A stretch of 64,000 bases of DNA, from assembly GCA_002269645.1 (NCBI GenBank), contig NIVC01002126.1, positions 1 through 64,000 on the forward strand. Direction: 5' to 3'. Numbering within the stretch: position 1 is the stretch's first letter; every line of letters begins with the position of its first letter. Source of the DNA: Macrostomum lignano (lineage: Eukaryota). The position numbers and the translations under genes are program-made. This document shows, in pieces, positions 46,371-58,489 of this stretch. The notes under the pieces are model-generated. The model had not been told where the DNA came from and made no database searches. It saw only the letters and a program-made list of their open reading frames with translations.

Positions 46371-47069
46371 CTAACGAATTTACGACGTAGAGATTTTGTT
46401 CCGGAGATCACTAAGAAACAGATGACTGCCTAGATATTTAGTTTCTTAGAAAAAATGCTTTTGAATAAATAACTGAAAGAAGATGCTGCAGCACTTCGAC
46501 AAAAGTTTTATTATTTTTCAGGGGTATCAATGAAACTATAGTAGCCAAAAATAGGTTGACTTGCATCCCCTAGAGAACTCAGTCGGGTAAAAACCCTACC
46601 GTACTATCTGCTGTAAGCCAGATCAGCTTATGTAAGTATATGCATAAATAGTTTTTTTCGTGGGATTCTGTTCTCCATCTAATTAATGTAGAGAGGAATT
46701 GATGGATATTAGCTAATACGAAATCATTTGCCGTCAGACAAGTCATTCAAAAGTTCATATGGAACTTTTTTTCTTTTTTAGAAGTAGAAGGTCACTTTCA
46801 AAATGCTAATCAAGAATTGTAGTTTGACACAGGCGACTTGACACAATGCTTATAGCGACACGGTCCCACAACCTGGGCTGAGGTGATTCTGCCCATTCCG
46901 CACACTCCTGAGCCATGCAAGCGTGTCAATACTGTACGCAGGCGCGAACTCATGCACACGCTCAGGGGCGTCCCCACCGGTGTGGACAGCGGGGACGTGT
47001 GTCCCCCCCAGTAAAGGCTTTGGGGGGGGACATGCCAATCTGCTTCAGTGTGACAAAAAATAGCGCGTG

Positions 47070-47455
47070 CAGCACCAAAATGAGTGCCTGCGGCGCTAAA
47101 ATGAGTGCCTGCGGCGCTAAAATGAGTGCCTGCGGCGCTAAAATGAGTGCCTGCGGCGCCAAAATGAGTGCCTGCGGCGCCAAAATGAGTGCCTGCGGCG
47201 CTAAAATGAGTGCCTGCGGCGCTAAAATGAGTGCCTGCGGCGCCAAAATGAGTGCCTGCGGCGCCAAAATGAGTGCCTGCGGCGCCAAAATGAGTGCCTG
47301 CGGCGCTAAAATGAGTGCCTGCGGCGCTAAAATGAGTGCCTGCGGCGCTAAAATGAGTGCCTGCGGCGCCAAAATGAGTGCCTACAGCGCTAAAATGGTG
47401 CCTGCGGCGCTAAAATGGTGCCTGCGGCGCTAAAATGATTGCCTGCGGCGCCAAA
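47070..47455 (+). repeat. 21-bp minisatellite (GCGCCAAAATGAGTGCCTGCG), inverted relative to 45735-46370
   Basis: About 18 copies. Confidence 0.92.
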
Positions 47456-48243
47456 GTGCAGATCGATAAGAACACCGATTCGGAAATATTGTACATGCAG
47501 GAATTTATTCACACGGGGTGCATTGGGGTTGGGGTGTACCTGAATTTCTAATCCTCAGGCATGTACACTCTCTGCTAATTGGAGGTTAGACCTCATGGGC
47601 AATAAATCGCAGGACAACCCCCATATGCAGGGCCAATTTTCGTGCCCCAAAACACATTTGGCCGCCACTCAAGGCTTGGGAAAATCCTTAGGGGAATTCT
47701 CCGATCCGCAGTGTAGGATTTAATCCGTGTGAGAAAAAAACTGAAGTACATTAGTGCCATAATACTCTGTACTAATCAGCTACTGCCTACATGTAGTACG
47801 ATGTGCTGAACAAATATTTTATAAAAACAGCCTTGCTCTTTGCTTACCTCTTGGATTCAGCTTAGTTCCTCAAATGAGATACTGACACACGCACACTTTT
47901 AAGCGAGACTGAAGGTTTTGGAGGAAAGGGGCTTCCAGCAGTGCTGATGCTGTGCGAACAAGTGGGATGATGTGAAGCATGACAGATGCTTTATTAAATG
48001 CTACCAACCAACCAACCAAAGCGACCTAGCAACAGACATGTCCCAATCCAGCCAAGCTCTCTGATTGGTTCATTCGCGTATTCACATTTGAGACAGATTT
48101 TTGCTATATGTGACAGCGGGTGAAAATTCAATAGAAAATATGTGAGTTTTAACCCACAACGAGTCGTACAATGTACGTGTTGTACTACAGATTAAAACAA
48201 ATAACTTTAGTCAGTTACTAGCTGATTTCAGAAAATCACCCCA

Positions 48244-48515
48244 GGAACGGTTTTCTAGGTACTAATTTAAACAAATCACTCCCGTGCCGTATTTCTAGTC
48301 ACTGATTTAAACAAATCACTCTTGGAACGTGTTTCTAGTCACTGATTTAAACAAATCACTCTTGGAACGTGTTTCTAGTCACTGATTTAAACAAATCAGT
48401 CTTGGAACGTATTTCTAGTCACTGATTTAAACAATCACTTTTGGAACGTGTTTCTAGTCACTGATTTAAACAAATCACTCTTGGAACGTGTTTCTAGTCA
48501 CTGATTTAAACAAAT
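48244..48515. repeat. 40-bp tandem repeat (TTTAAACAAATCACTCTTGGAACGTGTTTCTAGTCACTGA)
   Basis: About 6.5 copies. Confidence 0.9.
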
Positions 48516-48954
48516 CTTTCGCCTCTGTACAAAACTGCAGCTCGTATGTGCACTTTTACAAGGTGTACTTTTCTGTAATTTTCTGTACTTTTTACGAGGT
48601 ATTTCGTAGTCGATAGGCTACTTTACATTTAGGCCGACTGTACTTTCGTAAAACTAGGTTGGGAATTAATCTCAACTAATTTTATATCAGCACGTTCTAG
48701 GCGCGAAAGAAATCCAATACTAAGACTAATGGTTGTTTTCCTGTTGCTGGGAATTCTCATTAGAAAAGGGGAGATTTTTGGCTGAGCCATTAAGTCTCAT
48801 AAATTTTTTCTCAGTTCAGGCCGAGTTTTCGCCGTCGCTCATGCTTCTCTTGATTATACCGAACCCGGAAATTTCCTCAGGTAAAGATGAAAACCGGTGA
48901 TTTTTGAGACTAGAAAATCTGAGAGAGACATATCATTTCCCTTTCAGATTGCTC

Positions 48955-50420
48955 GGATCTGCCTCTCAGCTCTCTCTCAGTCATTGAATCTGCCTCTCCG
49001 CTCTCCTCCCTTCAGTCACTGAATCTGCCTCTCCGCTCTCTTTCACTCACTGAATCTGCCTCTCTGCTCTCTTTCACTCACTGAATCTGCCTCTCCACTC
49101 GCTTTCACTCACTGAATCTACCTCTCTGCTCTCTTTCACTCACTGAATCTGCCTCTCTGCTCTCTTTCACTCACTGAATCTGCCTCTCTGCTCTCTTTCA
49201 CTCACTGAATCTACCTCTCTGCTCTCTTTCACTCACTGAATCTACCTCTCTGCTCTCTTTCACTCACTGAATCTGCCTCTCTGCTCTCTTTCACTCACTG
49301 AATCTGCCTCTCTGCTCTCTTTCACTCACTGAATCTGCCTCTCTGCTCTCTTTCACTCACTGAATCTACCTCTCTGCTCTCTTTCACTCACTGAATCTAC
49401 CTCTCTGCTCTCTTTCACTCACTGAATCTGCCTCTCTGCTCTCTTTCACTCACTGAATCTGCCTCTCTGCTCTCTTTCACTCACTGAATCTGCCTCTCTG
49501 CTCTCTTTCACTCACTGAATCTACCTCTCTGCTCTCTTTCACTCACTGAATCTACCTCTCTGCTCTCTTTCACTCACTGAATCTACCTCTCTGCTCTCTT
49601 TCACTCACTGAATCTGCCTCTCTGCTCTCTTTCACTCACTGAATCTGCCTCTCTGCTCTCTTTCACTCACTGAATCTGCCTCTCTGCTCTCTTTCACTCA
49701 CTGAATCTACCTCTCTGCTCTCTTTCACTCACTGAATCTGCCTCTCTGCTCTCTTTCACTCACTGAATCTGCCTCTCTGCTCTCTTTCACTCACTGAATC
49801 TGCCTCTCTGCTCTCTTTCACTCACTGAATCTGCCTCTCTGCTCTCTTTCACTCACTGAATCTGCCTCTCTGCTCTCTTTCACTCACTGAATCTGCCTCT
49901 CTGCTCTCTTTCACTCACTGAATCTACCTCTCTGCTCTCTTTCACTCACTGAATCTGCCTCTCTGCTCTCTTTCACTCACTGAATCTGCCTCTCTGCTCT
50001 CTTTCACTCACTGAATCTGCCTCTCTGCTCTCTTTCACTCACTGAATCTGCCTCTCTGCTCTCTTTCACTCACTGAATCTGCCTCTCCGCTCTCTTTCAG
50101 TCATTGAATCTGCCTCTCCACTCGCTTTCACTCACTGAATCTGCCTCTCTGCTCTCTTTCACTCACTGAATCTGCCTCTCTGCTCTCTTTCACTCACTGA
50201 ATCTGCCTCTCCGCTCTCTTTCACTCACTGAATCTGCCTCTCCGCTCTCTTTCACTCACTGAATCTGCCTCTCCGCTCTCTTTCAGTCATTGAATCTGCC
50301 TCTCCACTCTCTTTCAGTCATTGAATCTGCCTCTCCACTCTCTTTCAGTCATTGAATCTGCCTCTCCACTCTCTTTCAGTCATTGAATCTGCCTCTCCAC
50401 TCTCTTTCAGTCATTGAATC
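48955..50420. repeat. 31-bp pyrimidine-rich minisatellite (CTGAATCTGCCTCTCTGCTCTCTTTCACTCA)
   Basis: About 47 copies. Confidence 0.95.
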
Positions 50421-51602
50421 TTGTTCTTGAAAGCACATCTGAATTTCTAGCGCAGTTTTTCTAATTTTTCAGAAGCAATTTCTCGAATGTCCTGCCTTCA
50501 TTATCGGTAGAAATTTTGAAAAAAATCAGAACCATAAAAGCTTGCATTGACCTTTCCAACACATCCCCAGCGAATTTCTATATCTTCTGTGCTTCCTTCG
50601 GCCAAGTCATTCGATTTTCTTCAGGCAACAAAGAAGTTTCAGAAAGCCATAAAAGAAGACTATACAGACAATGGTTTTTTTCAGGCAGCAATGAGGCGCA
50701 TTCCGTGGCTCTGCAAATCTTGTACCATCGGAGGAGCCAAGGGACGTCGTGCTCTGCAGCAGCTGATGCAGCAGCAGCAGTTTGCGTGCCAGAATTAATT
50801 GGGGGAAAAAGCAGAAAAACAAGAAGCAAGCAACTTCAAGCCTGACAGGTATATAAATACACTTGCGCGAGCGGCTCGAAGCTTCAGGTCCCCCGGGTAG
50901 CTGGGCCACTGCTAATCAGATAATAACTAGCATGGACTAGCGCTGAATCACGGGTTAGATAGATAATCTCCTAGAGGATAGAGGTCTAACTATAAGGCAA
51001 TTAGCGCAGGAGGGTATACTGCATGAGACACATTGACATCAATTGGAATGAAGGGTTATGAAATTAAGCAAGTCTAAATCAATTTTAAGAGACCCATCAG
51101 ATGGACTACCCCTATAGTTGTAACCTTTTCTCTTCTCGCCCTTAGGGAGCAAATTTAATATTAATTGAAAAATCTGCATTCTAATCAGGCATATAAAACA
51201 GGGAATTGGAATCTTTGTGCCAAGATTAATTAAATTTGCACACGAGATGCCCTTTGGGGCGCTGCGTGATGTGATGAAGATTCTGGTGCACTAATCTCTA
51301 AGCTGATTCGAGATAAGAGCATTTTTTATTAAAAGCAGAAAAGCTAGGTGTTCCACAATCGAGACAGATTTAGAGGGCTGGTTTGAGGCAAATTCAAAGA
51401 CTGAGGTAGGGAGAAGACGCTAGCAATGGAGCATTAGATTGTAAATATATTGATGTAGAATCTGTAAGCATAGCGCTTACTGAAAGAAGCATACGATATG
51501 ACATTCATTTAACCCATTGACGCTCATTTCAAAGCAATTCTTTCACCTCTCTGCAAACTGCTCGTGTTATGCACTCATTATGCTACTAACAAGTAGCACG
51601 GC

Positions 51603-52377
<775 letters not shown>

Positions 52378-52929
52378 TGATTAAGAGCATGCTAATTAAA
52401 ATCAACAAGAATAGCTTTCAGGTTTATGTCAAACTTCTCAACCTGCTTGTACAACAAGAGGATTAAGCAGCTCTCTCTCAAATCCTCACTGTCGCTTGCA
52501 CACAAGCCTGTCATTTTTCTTTCCCCTTTTCAATATCCCCGGAATCTTGATCGCCTAAAATAAGCCCCAACGCACCTGAAGGCCTCACTCGGTCCTCAGC
52601 TGCTCCAGAGCACACTTCCTAATAATATCACTCTTATCTCCGCTGGGGCCGCGACCAGCCCCTGTTCCCAAATTTAAAATGTTGTATCACTCTAAGCTCA
52701 CGTCAGCTCTGTCGCAGCTTATTCGCCTAAATTTTAGCATAAAAATAGAAATAGGCAGTTTCCTAGCCTACCTCAATCCCGAATTCAATCTGGATTTACC
52801 AATCCATGGGCGAGCAGATGTGAAACTTAATCCGCTTTAATACCGGAATATACGATTACGAGTATAAACTGCTCTTGTTTCACAAGTACAGTCAAGTGAA
52901 GCGATAAACAAAACTAGAGTGGATGCTGA

Positions 52930-53740
52930 GGCGAAGAGAAAAGGGGGATGAGAAGGAGAGGATGGAGAAAATGGGAAAGAGGAGAGGGTGGAGCCTGGGG
53001 GAGTGGAGTACAGTGTGTACCTCTAAGAATTGATTGTGGGGAATAAATAAGGGAGAGCGGAGGGGAGATCGGAGGGGAGAGCGGAGGGGAGAGCGGAGGG
53101 GAGAGCGGAGGGGAGAGCGGAGGGGAGAGCGGAGGGGAGAGCGGAGGGGAGAGCGGAGGGGAGAGCGGAGGGGGGAAGTAGAGAGGAGAGAGGGGAGAGG
53201 AGAGAGGGGAGAGGAGAGAGGGGAGAGGAGAGAGGGGAGAGGAGAGAGGGGAGAGGAGAGAGGGGAGAAGAGAGAGGGGAGAGGAGAGAGGGGAGAAGAG
53301 AGAGGGGAGAGGAGAGAGGGGAGAGGAGAGAGGGGAGAAGAGAGAGGGGAGAGGAGAGAGGGGAGAGGAGAGAGGGGAGAGGAGAGAGGGGAGAGGAGAG
53401 GGGGGAGAGGAGAGAGGGGAGAGGAGAGAGGAGAGAGCGGAGAGGAGAGAGGAGAGAGGAGAGAGAGGAGAGGAGAGAAGGAAAATGGGAGAGTAGAGAG
53501 GAGAGAGGGGAGAAGAGAGAAGTGAGAGGGGAGAGGGGAGAGCAGGAGAGAAAGGAAGGAGAGAGCGTAGAGTAGAGGGGAGAGGGGGGAGTGGAGGGGA
53601 GAGGGGAGTGTAGAGAGTGAGGATTGGAGAGTGAAGAACGGGGGGAAGTAAATAATAGAGAGTGGAGAGGAGAGCGGGAGAGGGAAGAGGGGAGAGTGGA
53701 GAGCGGAGACGGAAGGAGTGTGGACTCTGGAGAGAACGGA
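52930..53740. repeat. GA-rich low-complexity / polypurine repeat
   Basis: GGAGGGGGAGAGC and GAGAGGGGAGAG units. Confidence 0.9.
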
Positions 53741-53805
53741 TCAGCGGAAGTACGTGTAAGCAATAACCGTTGAAGAGACGAGGGAGACAGGTGATAGGTG
53801 ATGAG

Positions 53806-54836
53806 TAGGGATGTCGATTCCCCGGGGAATTTTCTTATCGGGGACCCCGGGGAATTTACTGTCATTCCCCGGGGACCACGGGGAAAAGAAAATGTAAGTA
53901 AAAAACGGCGGACAACTTAGATCCTAGGTGGCATTTTTTTTTAAATTTGATTAAAGCTTTGGACTACATGTCCAAAGGTCTTGTCATTATTTTAAATGTT
54001 TTTTTCCAATAAGACCAATTTAACAAGAAAAATAGATTAATGCTTCGTTAGAGCAGCATGTGAGGCACAAAATAGTGTGATTACACCTTTCTCTGGCATT
54101 GTTAAGAGACCCAATCACTGTTTTAGTGTTGAAAATCGTGAAATTTTCTATCTCCGTAGTGTACTTTTCCGGTGAAACCTGCCTTTAAAACTATTTCTGA
54201 ACAAATATTTCTGAATATCGATAGAGCAATAAGAAAGGCTGACATATCAAAAGATGAACACTGGATCTGCCTCCTATCAAAAGCAATAACAATTTTTGTG
54301 CTGAAAAAAATTAAAACCTCCTGTCTCTGTAGTGTATTTTTCGGCGAAAAGTTGCCTTCAAAACAATTACCATATAGATTTCGAGTGTTGCGTCGAGTGT
54401 TGCGTTATTACATGTGTATGACATTGTATGACGTTGTTATTTTGTTATTGAATGACACACCCAATGCGTCAGTGACTGACGCAGGACGCAGCGCTGCGCC
54501 TGCGCCTGCGTCAAATGCGTCAAGCCGTCAACGCAGACCAACACAATAGTTAGGTAAGGCTTCTTTTTCCTGACGGGTTTTTATGTGTAATTCGTCTGAT
54601 TGAGAGACTCCTAGTGAAAAAACACATTCAAACGTGTGTTGTGTTTGAATTTGTGTTTGACATTGGAATAAGCAATTATGCAGTAAAAGAGCATAAACAT
54701 AGTTTCAATAATCTTCTTATTTAAATGGCAAAAATTAAGTTACAAATGCATTTTTTTCATGTTTTTCTCCCCGAGGTCCACGGTCTAATTCCCCGGGGAC
54801 TATTCCCCGACAAGCTCCCCGGGGTCGACATCCCTA
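53806..54836. mobile_element. hAT-superfamily MITE (1031 bp)
   Basis: Perfect 12-bp TIR TAGGGATGTCGA / TCGACATCCCTA, multiple subterminal CCCCGGGGA motifs at both ends, exact 8-bp TSD GTGATGAG (53798-53805 and 54837-54844). Confidence 0.9.
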
Positions 54837-55869
54837 GTGATGAGAGATGGAAGAAGAGACAATAAGGATTAGTCTGTGTAAATGCGTATACCTATACGGT
54901 TGCTTGGGCCGTGACAAAAACACTGTTAATACTGTTAATACGGGTCTCTTGCCGATATAAATGTGAGTATATATTATTTATTAATAATAGATGACGCATA
55001 TTTCCTATCGTAGCTTCACTCCAATGGGCATACATGCGCAACCCCCCTGATTTACACTGGCCATGCGACTTAATTTTTGACAAAAAATGCGACTTACCTG
55101 TGAAAGAAACCCTAAAGCAACATTAACGCAATTTTTGGTAAACGGCAGGAGTAACTATAAGTGTGTTATAAGGGATAAATACCTCGTCATCTAATTAGTG
55201 CTACGTCTGTATTCTTTGGGTATTTTTGCGACCTACCCCTGGTCCACCACAATTTACAGTGGCCAGATCGGCCAGGTCGGCCAGCAGTTGCGCATGTATG
55301 CCAATGGGGAGCTTGAGTAGTCCGCAATATACTAAAAATATATGTTAGCAATGTGCAAAGCATATTTGGAAACTAAACTTGGAGTGTTTCATTTGGAAAT
55401 GATGGGGTAGAGAGTAGAGACGAGATAGAGCAGTGGACCGTGGGCCGTTGCATGAAACTACTTATCTAGCTACTGGCATAAATGAATACAGCAAAGCAAT
55501 TATTTCCGATCCTCTTATACTTTGGAAGTAGAACTGCAAAACTTATTCAATGCTGAGCGCACAGAAATATGATTCAGATTTTCTATGGCATGGCATGCCA
55601 TATCAAAGCTAATACGAGCGTAAAGGTTTTATTACGAATGGATGGTGAATAGAATAGTATCAATAAAAAATAAGGTTTTTCAAGCGGTAAGTAGGATAAA
55701 AATAATTATGCTTAATTAATATCTAGTGTCAATGTCAACCCTCAAAGCCAATTCCAGGTTCCAGATTGTATCCATGCGTAAAGTAATCGGTTTTTCTAAT
55801 TATAGATCATAGCGTATATATTCGTCATTCAATTTTAATTTGCGTAGAGGCGCAAAAACAAGGCAATGC

Positions 55870-56180
55870 GTGAGTGGATTGGCGGATGGGGTTGAAGCGG
55901 TCCACGTGTTTGAAGTGGAGGGGTGGCTATTGCGTACATACGGTGAAACGCGCATGTACATTTCAGTTCTGTGTACAAAGCTCCCCTCTCCCCCCTTTCG
56001 ACAGAGTCTAACTGCCGGTCGTGGAGCTAAACTTTTATCGATCGTCCTCCAAATAGGAAAGTAGGGTGGAAGGAGGGAGGGGCTGGGGGAGGCCCTAAAC
56101 TCAGTTGAATTGGGCAGAAGGGGCGGGCGGGGCGTGGCGAACGGAGGGAATTCCCTCTCTATAGCAGCCAATGACGTCGG
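55870..56180 (+). promoter_or_regulatory. Putative promoter of the MXD/MNT-like gene
   Basis: Reverse CCAAT near 55878, E-box CACGTG 55903-55908, GC boxes 56121-56134, and CCAAT 56168-56172 overlapping CRE-like TGACGTC 56172-56178; about 300-580 bp upstream of the ATG. Confidence 0.45.
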
Positions 56181-56454
56181 GTTTTAAGGCCCAATTCAAA
56201 CCAAGCCCACTCACCCCTTGCTTTTCTTGAATAAAGCGCCTTGTCCTTGTATATGCTGGGTGTATATGCGACACACGAGAAGAAAGGCCCACTGTATTTG
56301 TGACGTTTAAGTTTTTGTGAGTTTTTTGTTATGGTGGTAGTGAAGTCAACAAATTAATTTAAGTTTAGCTTGCCTTACCGACATTTTAATTTTTACAGGT
56401 AAACTTTTTTACAGATTATTAATATTTTAATCAAGTCAAAGGCAAGCTATTTTG

Positions 56455-58454
56455 ATGAAGCGTAACAACGACGGCCTAGTTCTTCTCTACGATGCGGCTA
56501 TGCTATTAGAACAGCATAGTCTGGGACCAATCGGGCCTATTCCTATTGTCAATGCTAACCAAAGTTTCAGTAGCCATGGTATTGTTAAACGGTCGAGTAA
56601 AACCGCGGATACGGTGGAACGTGCTCATGGTTTAACACGTAAGTAATTGATTACCTTGTCCATTGTCCTTAATTCTTATATTACGTTTGTAAATAGCAAA
56701 TTTCTTGCTACTACTGAGGAATACGACTCTTGACTTTAGGTACTGCCAGTCAGCCATTACCGCAATCATTTCGAACAGCTCCAGGCTTTTATAGGCCTAA
56801 TCATAATATTTCATTAACTGGCATCACCGCAGCGGCTATGCCCATAGTTTCCATGGCAACAGATCCTACTCTACAACTGCGGCCTAATAACTATTGGTCT
56901 TTAGCTTCAACATCAACCATAGCAGCAGCAACAGCCAGTTCTGCATCAACATTTTCACCGAGTCCAACTAAACAGCGACTGTCTGCCACCACTATTCGAA
57001 CAAGTCACAATGAGCTCGAAAAGATAAGGTAACTTTCTCTGCTGCCTACCCGCCGTGCGACTTAGTTTGCTCCTAGTGTATTAATATTCATTCAGTTTAT
57101 TAGGAGGCCTACGCCTAGGCAGATCTGTCAGCTATCAATCAAGTTGGCTAAAGCTATCTCGTCTCCATTCTCGTCCGGTTTTCAACAAAGCCCAATGCCC
57201 CAATTGTTGTCACGTGTCTTCTAGCTTTGCCCTCATCATTTGATTGACAGGACAGGCCGGTCATCTAATGCTCTCCTGCATGAGAGAGAAAGCCTGCTTC
57301 TGTCATTCAGTAATTTTATTTTTATGACTTTAATCAATCTAGTTATAATCAACTATTACTAATCCACTGGCTCTTCAATTCGTTTGAAATTTGAAGCATT
57401 GAATAATGATTGGGGCTAAAAATGTGAGAAAAATGCTGAAAATCCTATGTTTTGATTGAGGATTCCTAGAATTACGTCCGGGGAAATTTGCGGGGATCAG
57501 AGTCCCAGAATCCCGAAATCCATATTCAGGCTATTAAAATTGGACTTTAGGGGATCAGAATCCCAGAATCCATATTCGGGCTGTGAAAATTGGAATTCAG
57601 GGGATCAGAATCCCAGAATCCATGCATATTCGGGCTGTGAAAATTGTAATTCAGGGGATCAGAATCCCAGAATTCATATTCGGGCTGTGTAAATTGGAAT
57701 TTAGGGGATCAGAATCCATATTCGGGCTGTGAAAATTGGACTTTAAGGGATCAGAATCCCAGAATCCATTAACATTCCTCACTAATCCCTCTACTTTAAT
57801 TTCCCGATATGCCAGGCGAGCCAAGCTGCGTACCAGTATCGACCAGCTGAAAAGCAGACTGCCGGCACTGCGAGGTCGAGTTACTATGCTCACTGTGCTC
57901 AAACGCGCCTGCACTTTTGTGAAGGTTTGTGAAATTGAGAAATCTTTGAGAAACCAAATTCTGCAAAATATTTAATCCTTCAATTATATATTTATGCTCC
58001 GCTCCGGTCAGGATTTGGAGCAGAAATCCGAGGAGCAGCGCGCCCAGCTTCGCCAGCTCGAACGCCGCCGCATGGAGCTGAAGATGCGGCGCGGCCAGCT
58101 GACGCGACTTCTGCGCCGATTAAAAAAACAGGCAGCGGACGCCGCTGGCGCTTCGTCGACTTCCAACGTTTCAGAGGCTGCCAAATCGTTTGGCGCAAAA
58201 AAATTGCGGCCTCTGACTTCAGCAATGCCGTCGGTTGAAAGCGGCGACAAGTCCAGTTTTAAAGCCGCAGTCGCTTCTTCGAAACAGCCATCTGCTGCTA
58301 CCGGACTGTCCTGGCTGGGCTCTGCGAGTAACGCTGGTCAGTGTCTGCCTGTGTCTGTCTGCCTGCCTGCCTGTCTGTCTGTCTGTGTGTCTGTCTGTGT
58401 CTGTCTGTCTGTCTGTCTGTCTGTCACTCTATATATATATCACTATATCTATCC

Positions 58455-58489
<35 letters not shown>

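Noticed and set aside
45684-47433. CGAKMS and APQALIL repeat ORFs
   Set aside because: Translations of the 21-bp minisatellite.
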